From positions 3,116,408 to 3,180,407 of the forward strand of contig CAJFCJ010000006.1 in NCBI GenBank assembly GCA_904063045.1: DNA of 64,000 bases, read 5' to 3'. Of this stretch, positions 50,465 through 63,908 are shown piece by piece; within the stretch, counting starts at the first letter, position 1; the number at the start of each line of letters is the position of its first letter. The notes below the pieces were generated by a model. It saw only the letters and a list, made by a program, of their open reading frames with translations, was not told the origin of the DNA and searched no databases. Source of the stretch: Dimorphilus gyrociliatus. Taxonomy: Eukaryota > Animalia > Annelida. A program made the translations under genes and the position numbers.

Positions 50465-53400
50465 ATGTCCGGTCAGAGATATAAACGAACGAATTTCGAA
50501 GACGACGAAGCTTCATCGCCAGCAGGTACTCCCCCAGGAATTACCTACGACCCCTCTGTTGCTTTCAAAGTGGGCGCATCTTTCTGGCAAAAAAGAACAA
50601 ATCTAGAGAAACTATTAGCTGTGGCCCTTGTCATTTGGTCGATTACAATGTTAGTTCTTTTTATAATGGTCGTCTCAAGGACGTCTGTCGCAGCTCCTAC
50701 ACCAAACGAGAAAGTTTGCATGAGCAAATCTTGCGTGACAACTTCATCTTCAATTTTGAAAGCGTTGGATGTAAAGTAAGGATGAAGTCTTAGAAAATCA
50801 TAAAGCACAATTTTTTTTATTTCTCTTATCAGAGAATATCTTCAAACAGAGTTTTATTCAATAGGCCATTTATTATTGAATAGACAAGAATATAAGACTT
50901 CATCCTTACTTTAAAATGAATAAATAAATAGCGCCGATCCCTGCACAGATTTTTTTCAGTATTCTTGTGGAGGTTGGCTCAGTTCTCATTCAATCCCTAG
51001 CGGTTTACGAAGATGGGGAACGTTTAACGAAATATCTTATCGGAATCACCTAGTGGTAAAGAAAGTGTTGGAACAGCACGCCAATAAAACTTTTGAAAAT
51101 AAAGCAGAAGAGAAGGCCAGAAAATTTTATGAGTCGTGCTTAGACGGCTCGAAAACGATAGAGAGATTAGGAGCGAAACCTCTGCTTGCTCTAATCGAAA
51201 AACTCGGAGGTTGGAGTGTGTCTGATAAGGATTTTGACATTTCAACATTCGATTTTCAGGATATGATGGAGAAATTGTCGGCACATAGCGAAATGCCTTT
51301 ATTCTCTTTCTGGATTGGTGAGGATGAGAAAGATTCATCAAGACATGTATTCCAATTGAGTCAAGGAGGTTTGCAATTAAATAGGGATCAGCTATTAAAC
51401 GGAACAGAACCTAGGGATATAAATAGTAACGATATACTGATGGCTTTTGTTAACTATTTGACGGAATTAAGTGTACTATTAGGAGGGGAGAGGAACTCTT
51501 CCCGCGAAATGGTCATTGATATTGTAAAATTCCAGCAAGAGATAGCAAAAGTAAGCCTCTCTTTCAATTTTTTTTCCGATCGACTAGTAGCAAATTATAA
51601 AAAACACTAATAAACAAAAGAGTACACCAACTCTAGTCCTGGAAATGACAACTAGGCCAAATATAGAGAAAAACAAATAGTTTAATTCATTGCCGTAAGG
51701 TGACACGCAATGAGATTTCTTGGTATCTAATTAACTAATTTAATTCAAATATCATACAGATTATATCAAATAATCGTTCTCATTTTATTTAATGTTTATA
51801 TTATCGTTTTATATTTTATTAGTGTTAAAGAAATTTTGGTTATACTATATATCTTCCTATCGTCCCTATCCAATTAAATTTGTCGAAATTCATTTATTTT
51901 GAAGTCATTTAAATAGGCAAGACAAGTAATAAAATTTCTTTACTATATTTATTATAATTAATAGTTTACCCAACCGGAAGAAGAGAGAAGAAATGATCTC
52001 GAGTTGTATCATTTATATACGTTTGACAAATTACAAAAAGAGTTCCCATTTGTAAGTATTTTCACTTTTCATTGACTTTTCCTATAAATAGTTTTAATAC
52101 TTAAAATAAATGAAAAATTGATTGTCTCATTGTTTGTTTATTTGTTTTAGATGGATTGGGTGCAGTTTGTTAATAACCAATTTAAATTCCATAAAATTAA
52201 TAAAGTTATTAATAAGAATGAACCTGCTGTTGTACACGCTGTCGAATTCCTTCGAAATATGACGAATTTGCTCAAAGAAACCCAAAAGACTAAAGAAGGA
52301 AAAATAACTGTACACAATTATTTAATGTGGTCAGTCGTTCAAACGATGAGCTCTACACTATCAAAGCCATTCAGAGATGCTAGAAAGCAATTTGCTGAAA
52401 TAATGACCGGAAGTGAGGGCCATAGAGAAAGGTGGCGTCGCTGTTTAACCGATACTGGTAAGTGGAATTGTAAACTAGAGGGTAATTTTATCTTAATAAT
52501 TTATATATTTAAAGAGGGAAGCGTCGGATTTGCTCTTGGACGAATATTTGTTGATGCGGCTTTCTTTGGAGAGAGTAAGAAAGAAGCTAGAGTTATGATT
52601 GGTAATATAAAGGATGCGTTCATTAATAACCTGCAGAATTTGAAATGGATGACCTCTGAAACCAAGAAAAGGGCAAAGAGAAAAGCATCAACCGTTTACG
52701 ATATGATCGGTTATCCAGCTTACATAAGAAATAAAACTGAATTGGAGGCAAAATATAAAGATTTACATGTTACCAATGATGCATATTTTAATAATACACT
52801 TAGTTCAATGCTCTTTTCAAAGAGGAAAGAACTACTTAAATTAAGGAAAAAACCAGATCGAAAAGAATGGAATATGACTCCTCAAACAGTTAACGCATAT
52901 TATCAACCAACTAAAAATCAAATTGTTTTTCCCGCTGGTATATTGCAAACGCCATTTTACGATGCTCATCACCCAAAATCCCTCAACTACGGTGGAATTG
53001 GTGTCGTCTTAGGACACGAATTAACGCACGGTTTCGACGATCAAGTAAGTAAGATTACTTTCTAAGAAAAACGCATCAAGTTAATTATAATTTACGATTA
53101 ACGCCCAAATTAACGACAGAAATATTTATACGTTTCTTTTATTACTGATTTTAATTTGTTAAATAAGGAATAAGACCTCTAGATTATAAATCAACAAAAT
53201 GAAGAAAATATTTTCCATTAGTTTTCATTACTCTCTCTCTCTCTCTTTTCTCTCTCCTATCTTAGATTTTAGTAGGTTATTTTGTTATTTTCATAATAAC
53301 GTCATTTATTGAAGTCGTCTAGTTTTTTAACGCATATATAGAAGAATTATTAAAAGTGGTAGATATATTTATATTACGCGAGATAATATAGATTAACCTC

Positions 53401-53948
53401 TTTCAATATTGTTTTCTATATATAAATTGTGAAAATAAGGTTTTTTTTTTCTTTTATTTTGTTTTATCTTTAAAAAATAGGGTCGAAAATACAATGAGAC
53501 AGGCATGCTTAGTGACTGGTGGAATAAGGAAGATGATGAGAAGTTTAAGAAAAAAGCCGAATGCATGGTTAAGCAATATAATAATTACACTTTAAATGGT
53601 AAGTCAGTTAGAGGCAGGCAAACGTTAGGAGAGAATATCGCTGATAATGGAGGTCTAAAAGCGGCCTTTACATCTTATCAAAAATGGGTCAAGGAAAATG
53701 GAGAAGAAATAAAGTTACCTGGCCTCCTCAATTACACGCATGAGCAACTCTTTTTCATCTCTTTTGCGCAAGTGTGGTGTTCTATGGAAACACCTAAAGC
53801 TGCTGATTTGTCTCTAATAACCGATCCTCATACACCTGACAAATATAGAGTTATCGGCACGTTGTCAAATTCAAAAGAGTTTTCAGAGCATTTCTCCTGT
53901 CCTTTAGGATCACCAATGAATCCAAAACATAAATGCATTGTTTGGTAG
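50465..53948 (+). CDS. ECE1: Endothelin-converting-enzyme-type M13 zinc metallopeptidase (ECE1/2, Nep3-like), type II membrane protein
   Basis: [15 protein letters not shown] (cf. ECE1 MSTYKRATLDEED), WQKRTNLEK before the [31 protein letters not shown] (HExxH), GENIAD and terminal KCIVW*. Confidence 0.92.
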
Positions 53949-56900
53949 AAGAAAGCAAAAAAAAAAGAAAAATGGAAAAGAAGGGAAGAATATTATCTAA
54001 TAAAAAATCCCTCAATAATTTATAATAGGAATTTCTTCCTTCCTTTTCTTCTTTTTTGCGGTTGTTTTACTACTCATCTTTTCTTTTTTCTGTTCCTTTA
54101 TTGAAAAAAAAACGTATTACTAATATTGTCGTTTTTATATTTTATTTTAAAAGACATTCTATCAGCGTGTTTTTGCCATTTTATCATTGTTGAGAAATTT
54201 TTCATATCAAAAATAACAAAAACAAACATACCGTATACAAACACTATGACTATGGACATTATTTCGTAATTTATATAGTAAATATAACTATGAAATATGT
54301 TGAATGGAAGAGAAACCTTAAACCAAAAATAAGGACAAGAGTTTCTCTTATCATGAATAAAACTGCTATTATATGAATAAAGGAACAATAAAAATTATTA
54401 TACCTAAAAAAGAAAGTGTTATCTCTTTTGTTTTTTATTGTCATTTCTTTCATTTTCTTTTTTAAAGCAAATCTTAAAAAAGAAAAAGTATAACCTTGGT
54501 TTGCAGTACTTTAATGGAGCTTGTATTTTACTTTTTCAAAGGATTCTATAATTTGAATTTCCCTCTCATTTCCCATTATATACTTTATTAGAGGATCTAT
54601 TACCATTATATGCTATTTTTCCTTTGCAGTCTTATCAAGAGAGACACTCTTATGATTTGCTCCAATCTTCCTTATTACTCTTTTTGAATTGTTCTTTTTG
54701 TATTGAAAATTTATAATAAGAATACCCATCCTTGTTCATGTTCCTAATTCTGTCTTTTATTTCTTTAGAGTACTCTATTGTTGTCAGAATTAGTCTAGAA
54801 TGAAACGTAATGTAATATTCTGTAAACAATTAGACGACCTAGAATAATTTTTAGTCAAAAAACACAAGCGTACAAACACCTTTGACCCAAATTTTATATT
54901 CATTTTCCAAAAAAAACATAAATTAAAAAGCTCTTAAATATTCCAAATATAGAAGATATTGAAAAATGAGAAAAAATAGTTGTTATCTTCTATTTTTTAT
55001 ATAGTACTGATATTTTTGACACATGTTATAAATTGGAGACATTTTATCATAGTATATCGTTCGTGGTTATCGTTTGTAGCCTCTAAAATGTGTCAATATT
55101 ATGACGAGATGATCACTCTATGCTGAAAGCGAAGCTTTATAGCTATACTCTTATCTACAGTGTAAATTTGTATTAAAGTCATAAAACTTCTAGGAAGTGA
55201 GAATACTAGGAAATAGTGTGTGCGATGTTGAGTTCGTTGCCTAGTAGATTTTATAGCATATAGTGATAAGGATAAAATCTATTCTGTCCTTGAAAAATCA
55301 CTGAAAGAATTATCAATAGAAAAGGTAATTTTAAGAAAACCGAAATATGGCGTACAATTTGAAAAAAGAGAGAAGTTTAGTTGATGAGCTTGAGAGAGCC
55401 ACAGTCTTGGCAAATCGAATAGTAGAACAATTGTATGAATACGTCCAAAAGGAAGCCCATTACAATGGACTAGTTGATTGTGTTGTATGGGCCATAGAGA
55501 AATTGTCCAGTACTTACAAACTGGAAGATGACTACTCGAACGATGGATGAGCAAAAGAGATTTGCAAAGAGTACTAAGAGACAATATTCAACTAGTGATT
55601 ATCAATATAGAATTGCTCGTTGTACTATCCGTAGGCAATACTATGAATAAAAATTCTAGCTTATATGAGATGTCTCGTAATCAAGCGAAACAACTAGAAA
55701 CTGGATGAATGAATGAGAAACTAACTTTCACAACCTAATAAGTATTAAGCTAAGGATCTGGCAACCGAGTCGATAGCTTCATAGAACACTTAAAGGTAAA
55801 TGCTGAAAGTCTTTTACAACAAAATAGACTTGAGCTAGAAAGACCTAGCTGAAGGAATTGATGTGTTGCAAGAATGGAGATAATTGCACTAAGACTGTTT
55901 ACTAAATACATTAGATTGAAAGGTTAAGATTACTTTGAGAGGGATCTCTCCTTGTTTTAGGTAAGATACTTAGAAAGAAAACCCAGTTGGAGAGATGGCT
56001 ACAGAGAGATTTACTCAGCTGGCAAGGAGAAATGCGGCATTCCTCTTCATAGAAATTCCAATCAAGGATAGAGTACAGTTATTTTTTAAGTAACAAATAT
56101 AAATTGTAGCTTGTTATCTAAGTAGATATTTCCTAATGAGATTAATTAGTACAAATATGCTAATTTATTATATTAAGGTAAAGATTCAATCAGATGTAAA
56201 TTAAGGATGAAGGATGCATGTTTTATCTTTCCTTTTTCTATTCACTTGGAGGTTTTTTATGCGTATAAAATAGAAACCTTTTTTTAGATGAGTGAAGGGG
56301 AAATCGGAAGAACGTGAAATGTTTTCCAAACGTAATTATACGCACGTCAATAAGACGAAAATAGTTCCCTTTGGTCTCCGAAACCTGATTACTCTTTCTG
56401 GCGGATGACTCGATGCCAATGTCTCTCATTCTACTTTCCGTTTATAAAAGTTATCTTCGACCTTTCTATCTATTAATCAAGTAACAAATATCCTCAAATC
56501 TTTAATTATCGTACAAAATTTAAATTTTGAATATGATGTACTGTATATTTGAAGAATAACATACACTGCTATATACAGTATATACTGTATAGCGAAGCAA
56601 AACGAAAGAGAACACAAAAAAAGCATATAAGATCATAATAAAAACAAAAAAAATGAAACTTTTCGTACAAATAAGAATAAATAAAAACATTATTGTTTTA
56701 GGGGATAAAAAGAGTTAAAAGTTTCATAGAAAAGAGGAAGAAGGATGCTTAATAATTATTAATTTTTCGATATTAATAATTAAACATATACAAGTTAACA
56801 ATTGAAAAGAATAAAATAACTTGTTCCTATTCCTAATCATGGCTTGCTTTGAACAGTTTTTTTGTTTGTTTTTGTTTCTTATTTAGATTATTGCAGGTTT

Positions 56901-56970
56901 GTGAATAATAAATGTAAATATTTAAAATGCATATACTCCAAATATTTTTGACTTTTACAAAATGCTTGCC

Positions 56971-59320
56971 TTATAGTCTGGTATTGTTATCGAGTAGTTG
57001 GGTACTATAGCTTAATTGGTCGTCTCTACTCGTCATATCACTAAATTCTTCTTCTTCCATACCGACTATTTGTTTTGGAACATAAAATGGAAATGCAGAG
57101 GAAACTACAGATTTTTTGCATGCCCTTAACTCGTCAACGATTGTGTATCTTTTCGGTTGAATACTATCATCAAATTTATCAAGAAGTCCAACCTCAACTA
57201 GTTGACAGAATTCATCTCTAATGCTATTTACAAGATTCGCTTCTGCTAGAAATTTTGAAATATAATCACCTTGCTCTATGGTCATATAAGGTACAAATCT
57301 AAAGAAGCATTCTCTCCAAAAATCTAAAGGTGTAGGAGCTTGGAGAACCTTAGGAGGGGGTTCGTAATTTAAAATAGCCCCGAAACAGAGTTGTGTCACA
57401 TATGATGGACTAGAGAACAACTCTGTATTATACTTCCAAGCCCAAGCTGGATCTGCTTGACTCTTTTCACGATGTATACCATAATTACCAGCGAAAGTTG
57501 AAGTTAATCCAGAACATGCCACCTCCCACAGGGTAATAAGGTAGTATTCAGTCATCTCAATATATTGCGGATAGCATTTCGCTAATTGCACAACGCAATC
57601 CAGGAAAAGAAGAAAAACAGGCTGAATATGCCGGGGGGATGTATTTAATGTGGCTAGGCGATCTGCGAAAGGATGGTCACCGCATACGAATTCGCGCTGT
57701 ATAAGTTCTTCGAATCCTTTTCTCGAACGGCAATAAGGATCTAGGAAGACTTGCGCTAAACAGGATATTAATAGGACAAGATCAACAGGATTCTCTTCGG
57801 TTAACCATATCCATTTCCCATTTTTAACATCGTTAGCTAGTTTTTCAGCTGTTATCAAACAAATATTAACATAGAGCAACCATTCGCTTTTTTCAACAAT
57901 CGAAAGAAAATTAGCGTCTCTAGCTTTCAACTTCTTCCTTCTAGGAAAGCAAGTTTTTCTAATAATTTCAATCGATGCTGTTAATTGTTCAATATTCGGT
58001 AATTTCATATCTTCAATTTGATAACAAAGCAATTCCTTTTTTTCACCTCTGTTTAAATGATACAATAGAATTCTAACGTGTTCTTCCATATTTCTACGAT
58101 TATTATTAGTTGAACGTAACATTCCACCGCCGAAAATATTAGCATTTTCGGTAAAATAGAAACAAAACGTCGGCATTTGCGAATTAGCCGTTAATTTTAA
58201 TTTAATATTTGGAGGTAAACCTCTACCACTCGATGTTCTTTGTTCGTGAGGACATAAAAAGAATTTAGATCCACTAAAAACTGCTGAATCTCGATTATTT
58301 TGCACATTGAAAAAAACTGTAGCATGATTTCTATTTAATTCATCTCTCCAATCGTCTATTGAATAAAATAATTTGAAATTATAATTTGGTCCATCGGACA
58401 TTTCATTGGATTGTTTTAAAACAGCTTGATTCGTTACTTGATCATTAACAAGGCTAGTTGTTAATATATTATCTCTTGCTATTTCATTATTAATATTTTT
58501 TGATTCTCTAAATTGGGCAAAAGAATGAACGGATTTATCATTATCCTCTTTCAAATACGAATTACGCGTATTATAGTGAATAAATTCATTAAACACAAGC
58601 GTATTTTCAATTTTTGTTGGAAAAGCATAAGTTAGTAGGCCAGCTATCAAATCGGCGCAATTCTTTCTATCAGCTTTTGTGGAATGTTTTTCGAAAGAGA
58701 GGAATATAGTATTAAAATCCTTACAAACAATTTGGAGACGTTTTACGTATTTCGGCGTTCTTCCGTACTGACTTAGCTTTTTCACAGTTTTATAGCTTCT
58801 AGACATTTCATACATTTCTAATATGTTTGGAAGCATAATTGAAAGAGAGTGATAGATTGAATTTCTTATAACACAATCTGGAACATTTACCATCTCGTAA
58901 TAACGATCCAATATAAACACCAAACGATGGTTAGTTAAGCAAAGTGTGCCTCCTTTAACACTTTCAATTGCGTATTTCTTATAAGGATTCATTAATAGGA
59001 CATTATTAACATGGCACAAGCGCACTTCGGTTACTGAAATTAAATTTAATGATGATTTAATTTATAATTGTAAGATCCTGATAGTAATTTTACCAGGCAT
59101 CGATTGTTCAAGATCATTAGTATCATCTTCAGTAAATTCCGTATCTTTCTGTAATAAAAAAAAGACAAATCAATTAATTACATATTATTTTACATTATTA
59201 AAAACATAAGAAGGAATAATAATAAACTACCAGATTATCGCTCAACTGATATAATTATACTCATTTACAATGACAAAACAATGGACAAGTACATACCTCG
59301 TAAAAAGTGGAGGAGGCCAT
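56971..59320 (-). CDS. Myotubularin-related pseudophosphatase (MTMR10/11/12 family)
   Basis: GRAM-like N-terminus (GTLCLTNHRLVF). The catalytic-loop region WIWLTEENPVDLVLLISCLAQVFLDPYCRSRKGFEELIQREF lacks HCSDGWDRT. Small 5' exons 59320-59297, 59245-59231 and ~59149-59095 precede a ~2 kb terminal exon. Confidence 0.88.
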
Positions 59321-59656
59321 CGTCAATTTTTAAAAACTATAAAATTCAACGTTAAAGATTACTCTAACAATCACATTACCAAGGATGTAAACGCCCTTAA
59401 TTAATATAGGCATTTACATAGACAAATATACTTATATATATATACATGTATATATGTATCTTTATACATATATTGTATATTTATGCTGTCTATATATATA
59501 TATGTATATATACATATATATAGTATATATGCGATAGACAGTGAACCGGAAATGAATGGTACGAAATATTCCAAATTTCAATGTTAACCAGTTTTCGGCG
59601 GCGTTTTTAGCAGACGGTTTATGACAAAGAATATGAATATGTGACTTTTGTTAAAA

Positions 59657-61161
59657 ATGGAACTATCTCATGTGGGGGAGCAAGTTTTTGCTGCCGAATG
59701 CATAACTAAAAAACGAACGAGAAAGGTGCGTAAAAATTTTTTGCTTAAAACAAATTTTGGCTATTTTAACAATGTTTAGACGGGTTGTGCTAGGACTGTG
59801 TAAATAAACTATTTTTTAACAGGGAAAAGTCGAATATTGTATAAAGTGGAAAGGCTGGAGTACTAAGTATGTATTAATTTATAAAATGATTTATTTTTCT
59901 AGTTCAGATCTGTTCTTTTTACTAATTGGATTTCTCTTTCTTAGATATAATACATGGGAGCCGGAAGAAAATATACTTGACGAACGTCTGATCGAACAGT
60001 ATTTAGAAGAGTAAGTTTAAAGAAAATTACTATTATTTTAAATTATTTTGCTGATCGCTCTAAAATAAGCAAAAAAAAACGAAAAGGAAGTACCCATTGT
60101 ATTTTATCAATTTGCATAAAAATCTAGGCATAACCTGCTTCGGGGTTATTATTTTCAGATTAATTTGGAATTTGTATATCAAAAGAAGTTTAATTTTATC
60201 TTCTTTCAAATTTTGATTAAAGTGTCAATCCGCATGATTATGCATCAATAATTTTTGTTTGTGCCGTAAGCAGATATATTCCATCTTATAAAAATTTAAA
60301 TTTTTAAGATTCCTTATTCACTATGAATTTTTTTCAAAGCAATAGTAAAGCAAATATTTCATTTAACATTTACAAATTTTGATCCCTTAGCACGTTTACA
60401 ATCCAAATTAATAATAGGCTGTAAATAATTTATTAGCTATTTATTATGCTATTTAAAGTTGTACAATTAATTTAATTAGTAATTAATTTTTCAAGTGGTA
60501 CTCCCTTTTATGTTTTATTGAAGGGCAATAACCGTAGAGTGTTATATTTCAATTCAGCTATTGACAATATAATAAAAGTATTACATTTTTATTATTCTAT
60601 CATTTTTAGAAATGAAAAGGAGAAGGAAAGTGCGAAACCTGAGAAGGATAAAAAACCAACAACTCGAAGCGATGTCAAAACAAAAACACCTCGAGTAAGC
60701 TGACAGATATGTTTATTCATATTACAGTGTTAAAATACATTTTGACATTTTTCCAGGGCAAACGGCAGAGATCTCCGTCCACTGACCTAGACAAAGAAAA
60801 GTCAGAAACCCCACGAGGTAGGGGGAGACCTCGTGGGAGGCCACCAAAGAGTGTTCTTCTTAAAAAATCTACTCAAATACGCAATCGCGCTCTACAAGTT
60901 GTTAGATCAACAAATTCGACACGACGAACGCCGACTCCAAAGAAGGAAGCCGCTAAATCTCCTACTCCTGCAACTTCATCTTCATCATCTTCTTCATCTT
61001 CTTCCTCATCTTCATCAGCATCTTCGTCATCGTCCAGCGATGAAAGCGAAGACGAAAACTTAAAATCTTTGGATGTGATTATTACAGATGTAACAACCAA
61101 TGATCAGACGATAACATTTATTACTTCTAATACGGATCAGGGATTTTTTAGACGGAGATAA
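59657..61161 (+). CDS. Pc: Polycomb / CBX2-4-6-7-8 family chromobox protein
   Basis: [23 protein letters not shown]|[15 protein letters not shown]|[12 protein letters not shown] chromodomain, AT-hook GRGRPRGRP, poly-Ser tract and C-terminal Pc box [15 protein letters not shown]...GFF. Confidence 0.95.
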
Positions 61162-61663
61162 ACTTTAAAAATCTATTTTTTAGGTTTTTTTTACTTGTTT
61201 TATAAAATTGTGCTTTTTTGCTCAGTTGTCCTTAGATATTAGATTTAAAAAATCGCAACATTTAGAATAAATCCAAATATTTGATAAAATAACGCTTTAA
61301 GCTTTATATCCAAGATATATTTTATAAAAATAAAGTAAAAGTATATGTGCCGTATAATATTTATTTTTAGATGTAAAAGAAGCCATCATCTCGTAAGGAT
61401 ATCGAATGCATCTGTCAAATGTGAACTCTCGCTATCATTATACTTGTGTATATATGGCACAGCGTGCTTGCCTTAGTCTTCATTACCCATATATTTTTAG
61501 AATAAGCAAAGTAGTATTACTTTATTAAAACAAATGACAAGATTGCAAATTTGTATTTGACGCTTTTTCACATGTTTAAACAAATAACAAAATATCACGA
61601 AGACTTCAAAAAGGCTAGAAAAAATTCACAACATTATGTTAAGAATAAATAAATGCGATTTTT

Positions 61664-62677
61664 TCAAACTTCTTCTTCATTCAAAAGCATGTTAGGTATT
61701 CCATTGGATACAGGAAACTTACGTCCTGTTTCAGGACATACTAAATTCCCCTCTTTAATTTCTACCTGTATAAGTAATTTCATATTAAAAACGTATAAAA
61801 AATAATAATTCCAGGTTTTCGTACTTTTAAAAGGACACGGTGTAATTCTTTCATGAATTCTTCATTATAGTCAGAGGTTTCGGGTAAGACTTTAGGTAAA
61901 TCCCCTAAATGACCAATCTGCAAAATTAGATATTTTAGCAATTATCAATAAATTAACCTGGTATTTAGACTAAATCGTGTCTTTAAATTGGGCAAGAAAT
62001 AAATTATATGCGTTTAGAATAATGAAAGAAAAGGTTGCCTTATTAGATGTGGAGAATATTTCAAAAGAATACTAGAAATATTTGGTGAAGTTTTCACAAA
62101 ACAGATAATTTTATTGTCATTGCTGTTCTATTGTTCATCTTTTTAAAAGCTTGACATTTAATAACAAGGCTAATAAGCAGCTTTGGACTGATGCTTAGAA
62201 TATTTTATACTACAATTCAGTTGGATCAATAATACGTTTAACGGGTACTAGCATATTTGCATAGCTATTAAAAACTCTCCGATGTCTACATATACCTTAA
62301 ACTCTTGGTAAACCCACCGACAACATTGCTATATTCGGCATCGGTATTTTTTTCATTCAAATTGCGTCATCGTATTGAACCGACACATACATTGCGTATA
62401 AGTTGCAATCTTTGGATAGCACAAGCGTTAAGTTATGTACCTGATCAGCAGCTCTACAAAGCACTCCATAATCAATTTTAGGAATCATTTTTTCCAAAAA
62501 TTCCTTATTAAATTCTGTTTCGACTATTTCAATTTGTTGGCACTGTTTGAGAGCGATAATAAAGGAAATGGTTTTATTTTAAAAATTAGTTGATTATACC
62601 TCAATTTTTAAGGGGTATCCTTTTGTTACACCCTTTATAATGTTTGATGTCAACATATTGTGAGTTAATAATTTCAT
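61664..62677 (-). CDS. TRMT112: Methyltransferase activator TRMT112 (4 exons; not in ORF track)
   Basis: [11 protein letters not shown]...KGYPLKIE|...[11 protein letters not shown]...|...LHRVLLK|[33 protein letters not shown]. Confidence 0.96.
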
Positions 62678-63117
62678 CTTGCAGTATTAAACGATAAAGT
62701 AAATCAATTGTTAACACGTATCGGGAGCCAAATTATCTATATCGTATTATTCGATTTCGATTTAGTAAGGGCCTAGACTTTAAGTATGTTCCAAAAATAA
62801 GTAATTATTTATAAATTATTAATAGGCGTTTTTTATATCCATTAAACACTTAGAGAATTTTCTTTTATTATGTGATATACATGTGAAATTTTTTTTTTTT
62901 GGTAGTACTAGAAATTTTACACTGAATTTTGAATAAAGATTGAGAAGCCTGAGAAAATAATATTCTCATTACATAAGATAAAATAAATGAGTACATTCTA
63001 TAGTTTGTTAAACAAAAAGGTTCTATATTTTCGATTTTATGTAATTGGTAGTGAATACGCTCTTTTAGATAGATTAGGCGTATCATAAGTAACATTCTTA
63101 GAAATTGAAGCCTCGTT

Positions 63118-63181
63118 TATCGATATAGCTATTATTTGAAACGATTAATTTGAAGACCACATGGGAATTTGCGCATGCGTA
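63118..63181. promoter_or_regulatory. DRE-like TATCGATA and NRF1/Ewg-like TGCGCATGCGTA in the TRMT112-PET117 divergent promoter
   Basis: TATCGATA at 63118-63125 and TGCGCATGCGTA at 63170-63181 (one mismatch to YGCGCAYGCGCR), midway between the head-to-head ATGs. Confidence 0.5.
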
Positions 63182-63606
63182 CTAAAGAATTAGCAGAAAA
63201 CACCGCAAATTTTATCCCCCAAGCAGTGTCCAAAATTTTAGTTGTAGTTTATCTTTGAAAAAATCAAATTATTTTCATTTGCGGACAAGAGCCAATCTCA
63301 TTAGTCTAACTATTTCATAAAATTGGTTAAAGTATGATCTTAATTTTTACTCGATAAACTATTTACTTTCAATAACAAATTTTTGTTTTTCGTTATTTTT
63401 ATAAGAAAATTATTTTCTTTAGTGCAAATTTATATGCTTAAAGAAAAATAATCTATCCATCAAATCTCATTAGAAAGCGTGTTTGTTCTTGTTCAAATAT
63501 TGTAATTTACAAATGGGGAACAACTGCAACATTAACCTTTTTAACCTACAGACTGGTATTTGTATTTCGAGATCACGAACGTGACGTGTTTTTAATTGCT
63601 CAAAAG

Positions 63607-63908
63607 ATGAGTCTAGGATCGAAAGTAGCTTTGGCAGGATCAATCGTTTTCACAACAGGAATCATTACGTATGTCCATAATAAACAGAAGCAAGACATTG
63701 AGGTAATTGTTCTTAAATCTAGTATATTTTCGGATAAGATTGTTATAATCGACTTATTATCGTTCAGCGTCTACACGACGGAGTTATAAAAGATGCTGAA
63801 AGACAGGAGATGAGAAAAATAGCTAATCTAAAACACCTACAAGAACAAATTGATCTAACAAAAGCTTTAAAAGCTCAAAGAGATAAGGAGATGAAAACTG
63901 AGAGCTGA
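63607..63908 (+). CDS. PET117: Cytochrome c oxidase assembly factor PET117 (2 exons)
   Basis: MSLGSKVALAGSIVFTTGIITYVHNKQKQDIE|RLHDGVIKDAERQ...LQEQIDLTKAL matches the PET117 pattern. Confidence 0.93.
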
